Positions 8,404-18,587 of a DNA stretch of 25,755 nt are shown here, piece after piece. This stretch comes from a bacterium (GTDB taxonomy: Bacteria; SZUA-182; DTGQ01; JAFGSM01): contig JBLIRP010000058.1 in assembly GCA_049472355.1 (NCBI GenBank), forward strand, positions 1-25,755, given 5' to 3'. Under the pieces are notes generated by a model that worked only from the letters and a program-made list of their open reading frames with translations, was not told where the DNA came from and did no database searches. How positions within the stretch are numbered: position 1 is the first letter of the stretch; each line of letters begins with the position of its first letter. Both the position numbers and the translations under genes were made by a program.

Positions 8404-9303
8404 TCAATCGAGCATGTAGTAGATCGGATTCACCGGGGTCCTGTTTTGCCGGACCTCGTAGTGCAGGTGCGGGGCCGTGCTGCGGCCGGTGTTGCCGAGG
8501 TAGGCGACTATGTCACCGCGTTCCACCTTATCCCCGACCTTTACGAGATTGACCGAGTTGTGGGCATAGATGGTAGAAAATCCATAACCGTGACTGAGAA
8601 CCACCACCTTGCCGTAGTTTCCCTTAACCGCTGAAAAGGTAACGATACCCCGGGCGGTCGCCATGATCGGGGTGCCCCTCCGGGAGGCGATATCCACGCC
8701 ATGGTGCATCCTTCTCTTCCCGGTGAAGGGTGACTTCCGGTAGCCGAATCCCGAGGTGATCCATCCCCTGGTCGGCCATATGGCAGGAGTGGAATCGAGG
8801 ATCGATTTTCTGCTTTCGATGATGGTGGTCAACTCCTGGAGGGTATCCTCCTGAGAGGAGACCTCGAATTCGATGTTTTCAAGCTCCTCCTCCATCTGTT
8901 CAACCAGCCGGCCGAGGTTGACACGGGAGAATTCGTACATGCCGTCCGCAATACCGCCGCCCATGCCGAACACCTGCTTGCTGTTTTCCGGCTTCTTGAT
9001 CCCCGCAAGGATCTGAAGCTTTGAATTGGAGCTGTGAAGTTGGTTCAACCTCCTGCCCAGTGATTCGATCCGTTTGGTGAGCGAGGTCAGTTGGAGTTTT
9101 TGCTGGCGATTGTCTTCCCTGAGCCTGGCAACATCGGTGACCTGCCGTTTTAAACCGAAGTAATGACACACCATGACCCCGGAAAAGATAAGGGCGGCTA
9201 TACCGAATATCAATAATCCCTTGAGTAATCCCTTCGACAGGTAAAAGCGCCTGGGCTTTGACGAAGGATCGGGAACGATGATAATGGTATATTTTTTGCC
9301 CAA
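8404..9303 (-). CDS. Membrane-anchored M23 family metallopeptidase
   Basis: N-terminal TM helix, coiled coil, then HHGVD (HxxxD), YAH and HLHY (HxH). TTG start at 9303 preceded by AAGGAGG. Confidence 0.93.
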   Translation of the reverse strand: MGKKYTIIIVPDPSSKPRRFYLSKGLLKGLLIFGIAALIFSGVMVCHYFGLKRQVTDVARLREDNRQQKLQLTSLTKRIESLGRRLNQLHSSNSKLQILAGIKKPENSKQVFGMGGGIADGMYEFSRVNLGRLVEQMEEELENIEFEVSSQEDTLQELTTIIESRKSILDSTPAIWPTRGWITSGFGYRKSPFTGKRRMHHGVDIASRRGTPIMATARGIVTFSAVKGNYGKVVVLSHGYGFSTIYAHNSVNLVKVGDKVERGDIVAYLGNTGRSTAPHLHYEVRQNRTPVNPIYYMLD

Positions 9304-9350
9304 TGACGCCTCCTTAGGAACTATAAATTGAGCCACTCAAGAGCAGTTGA

Positions 9351-9381
9351 ACTATAGCATGTCTCCCCCCCCTTTTGTCAA
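9351..9381 (-). promoter_or_regulatory. Putative sigma70 promoter with extended -10 and a G8 tract in the spacer
   Basis: TTGACA-19 nt (includes GGGGGGGG, ends in TGC)-TATAGT, 47 nt upstream of the M23 start. Confidence 0.6.
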
Positions 9382-9608
9382 GGGAAGGAGAGAATCCTTC
9401 GAACTTCTCCCCCAGTGTCCATCGTAGAAGCCTGATCGCCATGTACTGCGGCCCCCCCCGTGCCATCCGCTCTTTTGGATGGGTTCCGACATATCCGTGA
9501 TGTCGGTTACCCAATTTTTCTATATTTCTTATCGGTATTTATTCTATTTGTCATCGTATATAACGTATATCGGTCATACGCAGTGCTCTCATCGGCTTGT
9601 TTCCGGCG

Positions 9609-11564
9609 CTAATCGCCGGTATCGATGATCTTCAGCCGCCGGGCGGCGCTCCGCACCTCCTCCAGGGAACTCACCACCGGGCATGCCGGAAGGTTCCTCA
9701 GGATGGTCCTCCCGTATGATTTGGTGAATATCCTGGGATCCAGGATGACCAGAAGACCCCGGTCCTCCCGATGGCGAATCAAACGGCCCAGCCCCTGCTT
9801 GAGGGTAATAATCGCCGAAGGAAGCTGATAATCGAAGAAGGGATTCCCGCCCCTGTGCCTGATCCATTGTATACGGGCCTCGGTGACCGGATCGGTGGGG
9901 ACCGAAAAGGGGAGCCGGTCGATCACCACGCAGCTCAAGCTTTCACCCGGTATGTCGATCCCCTGCCAGAAGCTCCCCGTAGCGAGCAGCACCGAGGGAA
10001 TATCCCGCCAGAATTCCGCGAGCAGATGTTCCTTGGACCCCTCCCCCTGCTTCAAGAGGCGATACTCAATCCCGATATTCTTCAAGTAGCGGTAGACCCT
10101 CTCCAGGTTTCGATAGCTGGTGAAAAGGAGAAGTGCCCTCCCCTGGGTCACACGAAGGATCTGCTCGCTCTGGCGACCGATCCGTTCCGCAAATTCCTCC
10201 GTGGCCGGATCGGGCATATCCCTGGGTATGAAGATGACCGCCTGATGGGCGTAATCAAAATGGGATTCCACGATCAGCTCATGGTCGGATTCCATCCCCA
10301 GCCTGGCCTTGATATACTCAAATCCTTGATCGGTGGAGAGGGTTGCGGAGGTCAGCACAAGCCCCCTCAAGGGATTGAAGAGGTGGGCGGCGAGATCGCG
10401 GGACACGTCAATGGGCGATACCCGCAATGTTACGGTCCTCCCCCTCCGCTCCCCCCAGAAGACGAACTCCGGGTCGCCATGATCGTAGACGAACTCCAGG
10501 GAGGACTGAATCTCCTGGGCCCGCTGGGAACACCGGGTCAGGGCATCGCTCGTCGTTTCAAGCCTTCCCAGGTGCTCACGCAATTGGGTGAGCATCCTGA
10601 TCAGGAGATGCAGGGTGTCTTTGGTGTTTCCCGTAATGACACGGTCATTGATGGAAAAGCGGTCCTCGCACCAGGACAGGGAATCGAAAAGGGCGCCCCC
10701 CGCCTTCAGGGTCCGCTCGGAGGCGCCGGCGATTTCGGCATTTTCACCGCGGACCGCTGCAATTTCGTGGCGAATATCCCGTATCAACTCCTGTATGCGG
10801 TGGTTACTCACCGCGCACCCGAAATACTCCGTTGCCACCTGCTCGAGCATGTGCGCCTCATCCAGGATAAGCCTGGCATAGGGCGGGATCGCATAGACAC
10901 CGGACCTTGCCCGCAGGCAGCAGTCCGCAACAAGCAGGTGGTGATTGACCACGACGATGTCCGCGGCTGCCGCCTCCTGTCGTGCAATGGTGACAAAGCA
11001 GCGTTCATAGTCGGCGCACCTTTGCCCGAGGCATGTCTCAGTGGTTGAGCAGATCTCGGCCCAGAGGGGATCATCCTCCGGAAGCCACTCCAGTTCGGTG
11101 CGGTCACCCTGCTCGGTGCAGGCGAGCCATGATTGTATGTCCGCCCGCCTTTTCCCCGCTCCGCCGATGGTGAGCCCCGGATGAGATGCAAAGAGCTTCC
11201 ACCTGCGCCGGCAGAGGTAATTCCCCCTCCCCTTCAGGCAGTATGCCCTGATGGTCCTCCCGAAACATTTCTCCAGCACGGGGATGTCCTTTCGGAGGAT
11301 TTGTTCCTGAAGGTTCCTGGTCCCTGTTGAAACCACCACCCGTAACCCGAGGGTAACCAATGGCACCAGATAGGCAAGGGTCTTTCCGATACCGGTGCCC
11401 GCCTCGATGAGGGCGGCGGTTTGCCCCTGCATGGCATGCGCCACCACAGTTGCCATCTCTATCTGGGCAGGCCGGTGTTCGTAGGCAGGCAAAATTTTTG
11501 ACATGAGCCCGCCGGGGCCGAGGATGTCATTGCACGAGGGGGTATTCAATGACCTCATCCGCAA
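9609..11564 (-). CDS. ATP-dependent DNA helicase, DinG/YoaA family (Fe-S)
   Basis: Q motif RPAQ, Walker A EAGTGIGKT, LKGRGNYLC, Fe-S cysteines CLGQRC..CF, DEAH, TSATLS, QGLGRLIR. Confidence 0.95.
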   Translation of the reverse strand: MRMRSLNTPSCNDILGPGGLMSKILPAYEHRPAQIEMATVVAHAMQGQTAALIEAGTGIGKTLAYLVPLVTLGLRVVVSTGTRNLQEQILRKDIPVLEKCFGRTIRAYCLKGRGNYLCRRRWKLFASHPGLTIGGAGKRRADIQSWLACTEQGDRTELEWLPEDDPLWAEICSTTETCLGQRCADYERCFVTIARQEAAAADIVVVNHHLLVADCCLRARSGVYAIPPYARLILDEAHMLEQVATEYFGCAVSNHRIQELIRDIRHEIAAVRGENAEIAGASERTLKAGGALFDSLSWCEDRFSINDRVITGNTKDTLHLLIRMLTQLREHLGRLETTSDALTRCSQRAQEIQSSLEFVYDHGDPEFVFWGERRGRTVTLRVSPIDVSRDLAAHLFNPLRGLVLTSATLSTDQGFEYIKARLGMESDHELIVESHFDYAHQAVIFIPRDMPDPATEEFAERIGRQSEQILRVTQGRALLLFTSYRNLERVYRYLKNIGIEYRLLKQGEGSKEHLLAEFWRDIPSVLLATGSFWQGIDIPGESLSCVVIDRLPFSVPTDPVTEARIQWIRHRGGNPFFDYQLPSAIITLKQGLGRLIRHREDRGLLVILDPRIFTKSYGRTILRNLPACPVVSSLEEVRSAARRLKIIDTGD

Positions 11565-11573
11565 AATGGGATA

Positions 11574-12767
11574 TCAAGGAGTGGGGAATGGAATCCTCCT
11601 TTTAACGGCAGCGGGATCTATCGGCAGGTGGACGGAGAAACTGGTGCCTTTCCCCAATGTGCTCTCCACCGTGATCTTCCCCTTGTGACGCTCCACCAGA
11701 AATTTGCAGATGACCAGGCCGAGGCCGGTGCCCTTCTTCTTCTTGCTGAAAAAGGGTTCGAACAGGTGCCCCTGATCCTCCTCTGAAATACCGCCGCCGG
11801 TATCATTGATATCGATGATGACATATTCCCCGTCCCTGCGGGAGGAGAGGGTCAGCTTGCCTCCGTGAGGCATCGATTGAATGGCGTTATTGATCATGTT
11901 GACGAGCACCTGCTGGATATGGTCCCTGTCCACCTTGATGTCGGGGAGGTCCTTTTGAACATCAAGATTGGTTTCGATGTTTTCCGGTATCCGGATCAGA
12001 TCGATGACCTTCTTGATCACATTGTTTATGTTGGCGGAACGTAGCTCGAGTGGCCTTCCCTTGGTGAAGGTGAGAAAATCATCGATGATCTTGTGGGCGA
12101 TCTCCACCTCCTCGTCCATGATCCTGAAATATTTCTCGATCTTGGGATTATCGGTCTGGATATGGGTCTTCAGGTAATAGACCGAATTCTGGATGACGCT
12201 CAGGGGATTGCGCAGCTCGTGACTTACAAAGGAGACGAAGGTGCCCAGGGTCGCCAGGCGCTCCGAGCGTATCAGCTTGGTATGGAATTCCTTGAGCAAA
12301 AGGTTCAATGATTCGATCTTCTTGGTGCGCTCCCTGACCTTCTTTTCAAGATTCCGCTGATACTCGAGGTTTTCCCGTTCCAGGCGCATCTTCTCATCCG
12401 TCAACATCTTCCTCTCCACGGCCCGGGCGACCACCGGGGGAAGATTGGACTTGGTGACCGGCTTCTCGATGTAATCGTACGCGCCGTAACGGATCGATTC
12501 CTTTGCGGTCTCGAGATTCGGTTCACCGGTGATGACGATCACCGGCAACTCCTGGTTCTTCTCCTTTATCGCCTTCAGCAAATCGATACCGCTCATGCCG
12601 GGCAGAATAATATCGGTCACCACGGTATCATAGGAACTCTCATTGAGCATGTGCAGTGCATTGGTGAAGTCACCCGCCGTATCAACCTGATATCCCTCCC
12701 GCTCCATTATCTTTTTGAGGGTGATCCTGACACCTTCCTCGTCATCGATGATCAGAATGCTGGGCAT
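11574..12767 (-). CDS. Hybrid receiver-histidine kinase (REC-HisKA-HATPase)
   Basis: IIDDEE, VTDIILP and YIEKP in the receiver; SHELRNPL H-box; NAIQ, DTGGGI, FEPFF, GTGLGL. ATG at 12767 with GGAGG RBS. Confidence 0.93.
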   Translation of the reverse strand: MPSILIIDDEEGVRITLKKIMEREGYQVDTAGDFTNALHMLNESSYDTVVTDIILPGMSGIDLLKAIKEKNQELPVIVITGEPNLETAKESIRYGAYDYIEKPVTKSNLPPVVARAVERKMLTDEKMRLERENLEYQRNLEKKVRERTKKIESLNLLLKEFHTKLIRSERLATLGTFVSFVSHELRNPLSVIQNSVYYLKTHIQTDNPKIEKYFRIMDEEVEIAHKIIDDFLTFTKGRPLELRSANINNVIKKVIDLIRIPENIETNLDVQKDLPDIKVDRDHIQQVLVNMINNAIQSMPHGGKLTLSSRRDGEYVIIDINDTGGGISEEDQGHLFEPFFSKKKKGTGLGLVICKFLVERHKGKITVESTLGKGTSFSVHLPIDPAAVKRRIPFPTP

Positions 12768-15081
12768 CGTGTTCCTCCAGTTTTGATAATCCGTCCTCTG
12801 TCGGCAGATCAATGATAAAGGTGGTGTGCTTTCCCTTCTCGCTCCTCACCTTCACACGTCCCTTGTGGTCTCTGATGATACCGTAGCTGATACTCAATCC
12901 GAGGCCTGTACCCTTGTCGGCACGCTTGGTGGTGAAAAAGGGATCGAAGATCTTGTCCAGGTCCTCTTCGTCGATCCCTGTGCCGAAATCCCTAAATACA
13001 ATATGCAGATAGTCTCCGCCGTTTTCTTCTCCCTTATGTACCTGGATCTCGATACGTTTGTTCGAATCCCGCGCAGGGTATCTTTCGTTCAGGGCGTCCC
13101 GTGCGTTGAGGATGAGATTGATGAACACCTGCTCCAATTGGCTTGCCTTGCCCTTGATCAGCGGCAGATCCGGTTCGAAGTATGTGGTGACGGATATGCC
13201 GTCCTTGGCGAGATAGGCCTCCATGAAGGTGACCGACGTGGTGATGACGTCGATGATGTGGCAAGGGGTATGGTCCTTTTTATCCGTCCGGGCAAATGCG
13301 AGCAGATTCTGCACGATATTGATGATCCGCTGTGCCTCAGTCAAAATCCCCTGGATATAACTGGCGTGCTCCGAAGCGGGGTCCAGTTCATCCTCCAGAA
13401 GCCCTGCGTAATTGATGATGGTATTCATGGGGTTGTTGATCTCATGGGCAATGCCCGCGGCGAGCACGCCCATCGATGCCAGGCGGGATGACTGGATCAA
13501 CTGGGCCTGGGTGTTCTGAAGGTCCTTGTATGCACGGGTGAGATTATTGATAAGATTCTGTATTTCCCGCATATCCCTTGCCACGCCCACCGTTCCCAGG
13601 AGAATCCCGTCCTTGTCGCTCATCACCGAGGCGGAGAGATTTATGGGGATTTCTATCCCCTCCCTGGTTTTATAGACCGCATTATAGTTCCGGATGGACC
13701 CTTCCGTGATCAGTCGATCCATCTCCTCCCCCCTGAACAGGGAAACCCCATTTGCGAAAATCGTCTCCACCGGCCTTCCGATGAGATCCTCCTCCCTTTC
13801 ATAATTCAACAGGTTCAGCGTAGCCTGATTGACCGTGCGGATCGTGCCGTCGGGATCCACAACGATGAGGGTGTCAATCATGCTCTTAATTATATTGTCG
13901 ATATATTCCTTGGCATGGATCAGTCTTCCCTGATAGGTCTTCAGGTGATCGGTCATGGTGTTGAAGGATTGGGCAAGTGCGCCGATCTCATCAGTGGATT
14001 CCACCTGGGCCTTGTGGCTGAAGTCACCGGCGGAGATCCTCTGGGTTGCCTGCAAAAGCTGCCGGACCGGATCGGTGATGCTCGAAGAGAAGGCAAGCCC
14101 GGCGATGAGCCCGCCGATGATCAGGATGAGGCTCGCCAGGATCGCAAAGTGGATGGAAGCGGCCGTGATCCGGTCCGCCCTTCCCTTGGCGTTTTCCCCT
14201 TCCGATCGGAAATGCTCCAGGAGGCCGTCCAACTCGAGGATGATGTGATCGGAAATGGAATCCATCCGTTTCATGGTCTTGCTTGCCTCGAACTTGATGG
14301 GATCGTCGATGGCCAGGATCTGTTCCGCCAGGGCGGTCACCCCGTCGAATTCCGCAAATACCGACCGGATCTGTTCCCGCTCCCTGCCCGGCCCAGAAAG
14401 CTCCAAGAGCAAATTCTTTTCCTTCTCGAGTCTTTCACGCAGCCCCTTGTAGTTTTCCCGCTCAATCACATTGCCGGTGATGAGATAATCATGGGGGGGC
14501 ATGAGTATATGCTGGAAGGTGATCATGATTTCGTATGCCGGCTGCAAGATCCGTGAGTTGCCCTGTTGGGTCACCGAGTGGATCAACCCCTCGAGCCGCT
14601 CCCTGACCTGTTCGGTCAGGGCATCCATCTCCTTCATCAACCCCCCTGCCTTGATCCTCAAAGGATCGGGAACGGCAAAGAGCTCCCGGGCCAGCGCCTC
14701 GATCGTCACGATGCCGTCACTGGTCACATCGAGGGGCCTTTCCACCGCATCGATATGGTCACCCTCGTATTCCTTGACCATTTCCTGCACCTTGACCAGG
14801 GCTTGCTTCAATTCCCGGAGATTCTGCTCAAGGTTGCGGATCTCTTTCGGATCACCGTATATCAGATAATCATGGGGAGGCATGAGCACCCTTTCAAAGG
14901 AGAGACGCAAGTCCTGGATCTCGCAGATGTAGGAGGACGCCTTCAGGATGATCTCTCCGCCCTTTCCCACCCGGCGCACGCTCCATATGGACACCAGGCT
15001 CATGACCACCACGAGAACGAGCATGGCGATGGTGCCGGAGATCAATTTCTTTCCAATGCTCAGGGTCATCTTTTTGCCCAA
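12742..15081 (-). CDS. Membrane sensor histidine kinase (2 TM, duplicated helical sensor, HAMP, PAS, HisKA, HATPase)
   Basis: Two TM segments; HAMP ([15 protein letters not shown]); PAS ([13 protein letters not shown]); [26 protein letters not shown]. Start is TTG 15081 or ATG 15069. Confidence 0.93.
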   Translation of the reverse strand: MGKKMTLSIGKKLISGTIAMLVLVVVMSLVSIWSVRRVGKGGEIILKASSYICEIQDLRLSFERVLMPPHDYLIYGDPKEIRNLEQNLRELKQALVKVQEMVKEYEGDHIDAVERPLDVTSDGIVTIEALARELFAVPDPLRIKAGGLMKEMDALTEQVRERLEGLIHSVTQQGNSRILQPAYEIMITFQHILMPPHDYLITGNVIERENYKGLRERLEKEKNLLLELSGPGREREQIRSVFAEFDGVTALAEQILAIDDPIKFEASKTMKRMDSISDHIILELDGLLEHFRSEGENAKGRADRITAASIHFAILASLILIIGGLIAGLAFSSSITDPVRQLLQATQRISAGDFSHKAQVESTDEIGALAQSFNTMTDHLKTYQGRLIHAKEYIDNIIKSMIDTLIVVDPDGTIRTVNQATLNLLNYEREEDLIGRPVETIFANGVSLFRGEEMDRLITEGSIRNYNAVYKTREGIEIPINLSASVMSDKDGILLGTVGVARDMREIQNLINNLTRAYKDLQNTQAQLIQSSRLASMGVLAAGIAHEINNPMNTIINYAGLLEDELDPASEHASYIQGILTEAQRIINIVQNLLAFARTDKKDHTPCHIIDVITTSVTFMEAYLAKDGISVTTYFEPDLPLIKGKASQLEQVFINLILNARDALNERYPARDSNKRIEIQVHKGEENGGDYLHIVFRDFGTGIDEEDLDKIFDPFFTTKRADKGTGLGLSISYGIIRDHKGRVKVRSEKGKHTTFIIDLPTEDGLSKLEEHDAQHSDHR

Positions 15082-15115
15082 TGCAGGATAGATTCAGCCA
15101 AAAAAACCTGAATCC

Positions 15116-15144
15116 ACTATAGAATTCTCTTCAATACTTGTCAA
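15116..15144 (-). promoter_or_regulatory. sigma70 promoter of the kinase operon
   Basis: TTGACA-17 nt-TATAGT, near consensus. Confidence 0.75.
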
Positions 15145-15297
15145 CTCTCGCCGTACCCGGCCTCAATGCCGAAACCGTATTGCCATCAAGGACTTTTTGC
15201 CAACCAAGCTTGCCAGGCGTAATACAGCAACACTCCTATGCTTATCTGTCGACACTCCCAGGCTGAAGGTTCAGAATCGAAATCGCTGCCGTCGGAT

Positions 15298-15339
15298 TTG
15301 CGAATAACCGCAGAAGTAGGATATAGTTTAGGATATAGT
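15298..15339 (+). promoter_or_regulatory. Putative promoter of the ahbA-like gene with an 11-nt direct repeat
   Basis: TTGCGA-18 nt-TATAGT; TAGGATATAGT at 15317-15327 and 15329-15339. Confidence 0.45.
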
Positions 15340-15396
15340 GATATGTGAACAATAGGCATGTGCACGGATTTCCGAATGGATTACGGAGGCCGGACC

Positions 15397-15855
15397 ATGG
15401 GACCGCCCATCGATGAAACCGACACAAGGATACTCAACCTCATACAGTCTCACTTTCCTGTCGAGCCCCATCCGTACGCCGTCCTGGCAGGGCTGCTCTC
15501 CATGTCCGAAGAGGAGGTGTGGGAGCGGATACAGCGGCTCAGATCACGGCGGATCATTCGTCGCATCGGCGCCGTATTCGACTCCTCGCGCCTCGGTTTT
15601 CACAGCAGCCTGGTGGGGGTGAAGGCGGCCCCCCCCTTCATCGAAAAAATCGCTAATAACATCAATAAAATTTCAGGAATAACCCACCACTACCAGCGGG
15701 AAGGGGCATTCAACCTCTGGTTCACCCTTACCGCCCGGGATCCGGCGGTCATAGATCAAACGATACAGGAAATCAAGAAATGGGAGGGGATTGAGGACGT
15801 CCTCAATCTCCCGTCGCTGAGGACCTTTAAGATCAAGGTCGAGTTCCGCATCTAA
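15397..15855 (+). CDS. ahbA: Siroheme decarboxylase alpha subunit-like (AhbA/NirD, Lrp/AsnC fold)
   Basis: IQSHFPVEPHPY, IIRRIGAVFDS..LGFHSSLV, THHYQR, FNLWFT, FKIKVEF. ATG at 15397 with GGAGG RBS. Confidence 0.8.
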   Translation: MGPPIDETDTRILNLIQSHFPVEPHPYAVLAGLLSMSEEEVWERIQRLRSRRIIRRIGAVFDSSRLGFHSSLVGVKAAPPFIEKIANNINKISGITHHYQREGAFNLWFTLTARDPAVIDQTIQEIKKWEGIEDVLNLPSLRTFKIKVEFRI

Positions 15856-16961
15856 CCGGGAAACGGGATCAACTCGTACTTCCTGCTGCCCAGACCGATC
15901 CTCTCCGCGTATTCCAGTTGCACCTCCCAATCGATATCAGGATACACGGCCCTGAATTTGTCGACTCCCGATCTGAATTTCCCATCTAACGCCGTATTCG
16001 GTATCCCCTGGCTCTGATTGACAAGATCCGCCGAGGCCTGGTCAATGGCAACGACGTCCGTGGAGGCGAGTATGCCCAGGTCAGGGCAGATGGGGGTATC
16101 CGTGTGATCGAAGCAATCACACTGCGGGGTGATATGGATCAGGAAATTGATAAAAAACGTGGGAATCGCCAGGGTCTTGAGCACGCCGTAGGCATACTCG
16201 CATATCTTCTCCTGTGCATTCTGGGCCGATTCGTCCCACTTGATCTTGATGAAACCGTTTGGACAACTGATGATACATTGGCCGCACCCGATGCATTTCT
16301 CACTATCGATGTATGCCCTGCCCTCGGCCAGGAATATGGCATCGCCGATACAGAATTTCTTGCACGTACCGCACCCCGTACATTCCTTTTTGATATACGG
16401 GGTGACGGTGGAGTGGATGGCGAGTTTTCCGGCCCGTGCGGCGAGTCCCATGCCGATATTCTTTATGGATCCCCCGAATCCGCACAGTTCATGACATTTG
16501 AAATGACTGAGAGATATAATCCCATCCACATGGGCTGTCTCAAGGGCAATCTTCACCGTCCGGAAGTGCTTCAGTCCCACCTCCACCGAAATGGATGACG
16601 CCCCTTTAAGACCGTCCGCTATGATAATCGGGGCATTGGACACGGTATAATCAAATCCGTTAATCAAGGCGGTTTGAATATGGCTCACCGCATCCGAACG
16701 TCCACCAACGTAAACACTGTTCGTGTCGGTGAGGAACGGCTTGCATCCGTACCGCTTGGCCTGATTGACCACCTTGCGCACGAATTTGGGGTGAATGTAT
16801 CCCCACCCGCCGCGCTCACCCAGATGAAGCTTTATGGCAACCAGATTCCACAACAGGAAGTAACTGGAAAAAACATCCATCTCGAGCAAGCGCTCCAGGT
16901 TCACCATGATATCGTGGTTGGACCTGGTGCGTGGATCTATGTAATAAACCGGGGAGGCCAT
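15852..16961 (-). CDS. DUF362 family Fe-S protein with a 2[4Fe-4S] domain
   Basis: AIKLHLGE, FLTDTN, IIADG, SHFKCH, KNIGMG, two CxxCxxCxxxC motifs, CDC, DVVAIDQA. Its stop codon overlaps the convergent ahbA stop. Confidence 0.9.
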   Translation of the reverse strand: MASPVYYIDPRTRSNHDIMVNLERLLEMDVFSSYFLLWNLVAIKLHLGERGGWGYIHPKFVRKVVNQAKRYGCKPFLTDTNSVYVGGRSDAVSHIQTALINGFDYTVSNAPIIIADGLKGASSISVEVGLKHFRTVKIALETAHVDGIISLSHFKCHELCGFGGSIKNIGMGLAARAGKLAIHSTVTPYIKKECTGCGTCKKFCIGDAIFLAEGRAYIDSEKCIGCGQCIISCPNGFIKIKWDESAQNAQEKICEYAYGVLKTLAIPTFFINFLIHITPQCDCFDHTDTPICPDLGILASTDVVAIDQASADLVNQSQGIPNTALDGKFRSGVDKFRAVYPDIDWEVQLEYAERIGLGSRKYELIPFPG

Positions 16962-17032
16962 ATCCTTCTCCTTCCGAAACGCTGAATGTTTTACGGTATG
17001 TGGGAATGTTTGATGCGGCGCAGGGACACCTG

Positions 17033-18448
17033 CTATACCTCCGGGGATGCAATGATGTAGGCCGGATTCTTCGCGCGCACCATTGCCTCCACCTCCTCCC
17101 GTTTCCCTTCGAACCCCGGCCTGCCCATCATCCCGTTCGTCGCCCGTTTCCCTTCCTCCACCCCCGGCTGATCAAAGGGATTGATTCCGTAAAGGTACCC
17201 CGCATAGGCCGTCTCCATTTCGAAGAAATACAGAAGTTCCCCAATGCTGAAGGGGGTGATGCGATGAAGGGTGATGGTGCTGGTCAGCCTCCCCGCCTTG
17301 AGCAGGGCGAATTGCGTGGCCATCCGCTCCGCATCGAAGAGCTGATTGACCGTATGACCGCCAAGGTAGGCAATTCCCTGTTTATCAGGGAAATCCCGGG
17401 GGATGGGGGGCTGATGGTCGTATTCCTCCACTGCGAGGAAGGTGATGACCTTATCATCCGGTCCTTCCAGATAGAGCTGGAGCTGGGAGTGCTGGTCGGT
17501 GGCACCGAGCGCCTTGACCGGGGTGGTACCGCTCCATACCTCTTTCCCTTCAAGATCATACCGTTTTCCCAGGCTCTCCGCCCAGAGCTGTCGATACCAG
17601 TCGGCCACATCGCGCAGACGGTGGCTGTACGGCATCATGACCTGAATACGTTTTCCCAGGGTGACATCCGCGATGTAGTCGAGGGCCCCCTTGCAATATG
17701 CGGGATTCTCCCACAGGTCGTCCCGCTGGCAGAGCTGATCCATGTGTCGTGCCCCGGCAAGCAGGGAGGAAATGTCGATCCCCGCCACCGCCGAAGGCAG
17801 GAGACCCACGGGGGTCAACACGGAAAACCTCCCTCCTACCCCCTTGGGGATGGTGAGTACGGGGTATCCCTCCTCGAGGGCTATCTGCCGGAGGGTCCCC
17901 GATTCGGGGTCGGTGGTGGCCACAAAATGCCGCGATATGTCCTGTATGCCCAGTCGTGTGCGCAACCGTTCCCTGAAGACCAGAAAATTTGCCAGGGTTT
18001 CAGCAGTGCCCCCTGATTTGGTAACCACATTGAACAGGGTGCGTCCCAGGCTGTCATCGAGAAGGTCAAACAGTGCGCCGATGCGGTCGGGATCGATATT
18101 GTCGAGAAAAAAGATCCGGGGCCGGCCTCCCCTTTTCTTGGGGGGAAGCATATTATACCCGTCATGGCACAGGGCCGTGTGAACCGCAATGGGGCCCAAA
18201 GCGGACCCGCCGATTCCCACAAGCACGAAGTTCTCCCAGTCCTCGCATATCCGTTCGGCGGTTTGCATGACCGGATCGAGGACTTCCTGCTGAAAGGGAA
18301 GCGCGGTGAATCCCATCTGTTCCCGTTGCCGCATCCTGGCCTTGGCCCGGGAGATTTTGCCCTGAACCGCCTCAATCATATCCCGGGTGATCCCCTTTTC
18401 CGAACCCAGCATATCCTCCATCATATTGTTGACATCAAGACAAAGCAT
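17033..18448 (-). CDS. pgi: Glucose-6-phosphate isomerase
   Basis: GIGGSALG, TKSGGTAET, VGGRFSV, QLWAESLGK, DQHS, PFDQPGVEEGK. Confidence 0.98.
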   Translation of the reverse strand: MLCLDVNNMMEDMLGSEKGITRDMIEAVQGKISRAKARMRQREQMGFTALPFQQEVLDPVMQTAERICEDWENFVLVGIGGSALGPIAVHTALCHDGYNMLPPKKRGGRPRIFFLDNIDPDRIGALFDLLDDSLGRTLFNVVTKSGGTAETLANFLVFRERLRTRLGIQDISRHFVATTDPESGTLRQIALEEGYPVLTIPKGVGGRFSVLTPVGLLPSAVAGIDISSLLAGARHMDQLCQRDDLWENPAYCKGALDYIADVTLGKRIQVMMPYSHRLRDVADWYRQLWAESLGKRYDLEGKEVWSGTTPVKALGATDQHSQLQLYLEGPDDKVITFLAVEEYDHQPPIPRDFPDKQGIAYLGGHTVNQLFDAERMATQFALLKAGRLTSTITLHRITPFSIGELLYFFEMETAYAGYLYGINPFDQPGVEEGKRATNGMMGRPGFEGKREEVEAMVRAKNPAYIIASPEV

Positions 18449-18587
18449 CTCCCTTGTTCCTCCTCTCGCTCATTATCCCTCGTGCAAACCGCAATCGGCT
18501 GTCATCCCGGTCAAGAGGCACGAAAATCACGCGCCGCAGCGTTCAAGAACGAGGCATGCCCTTTTGCCATGCCGCACATTCTTCCCG

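Noticed and set aside
15195..15216. sigma54-like TGGC..GC motifs here and near 18553-18570
   Set aside because: The GG-to-GC spacing deviates from the strict -24/-12 requirement.
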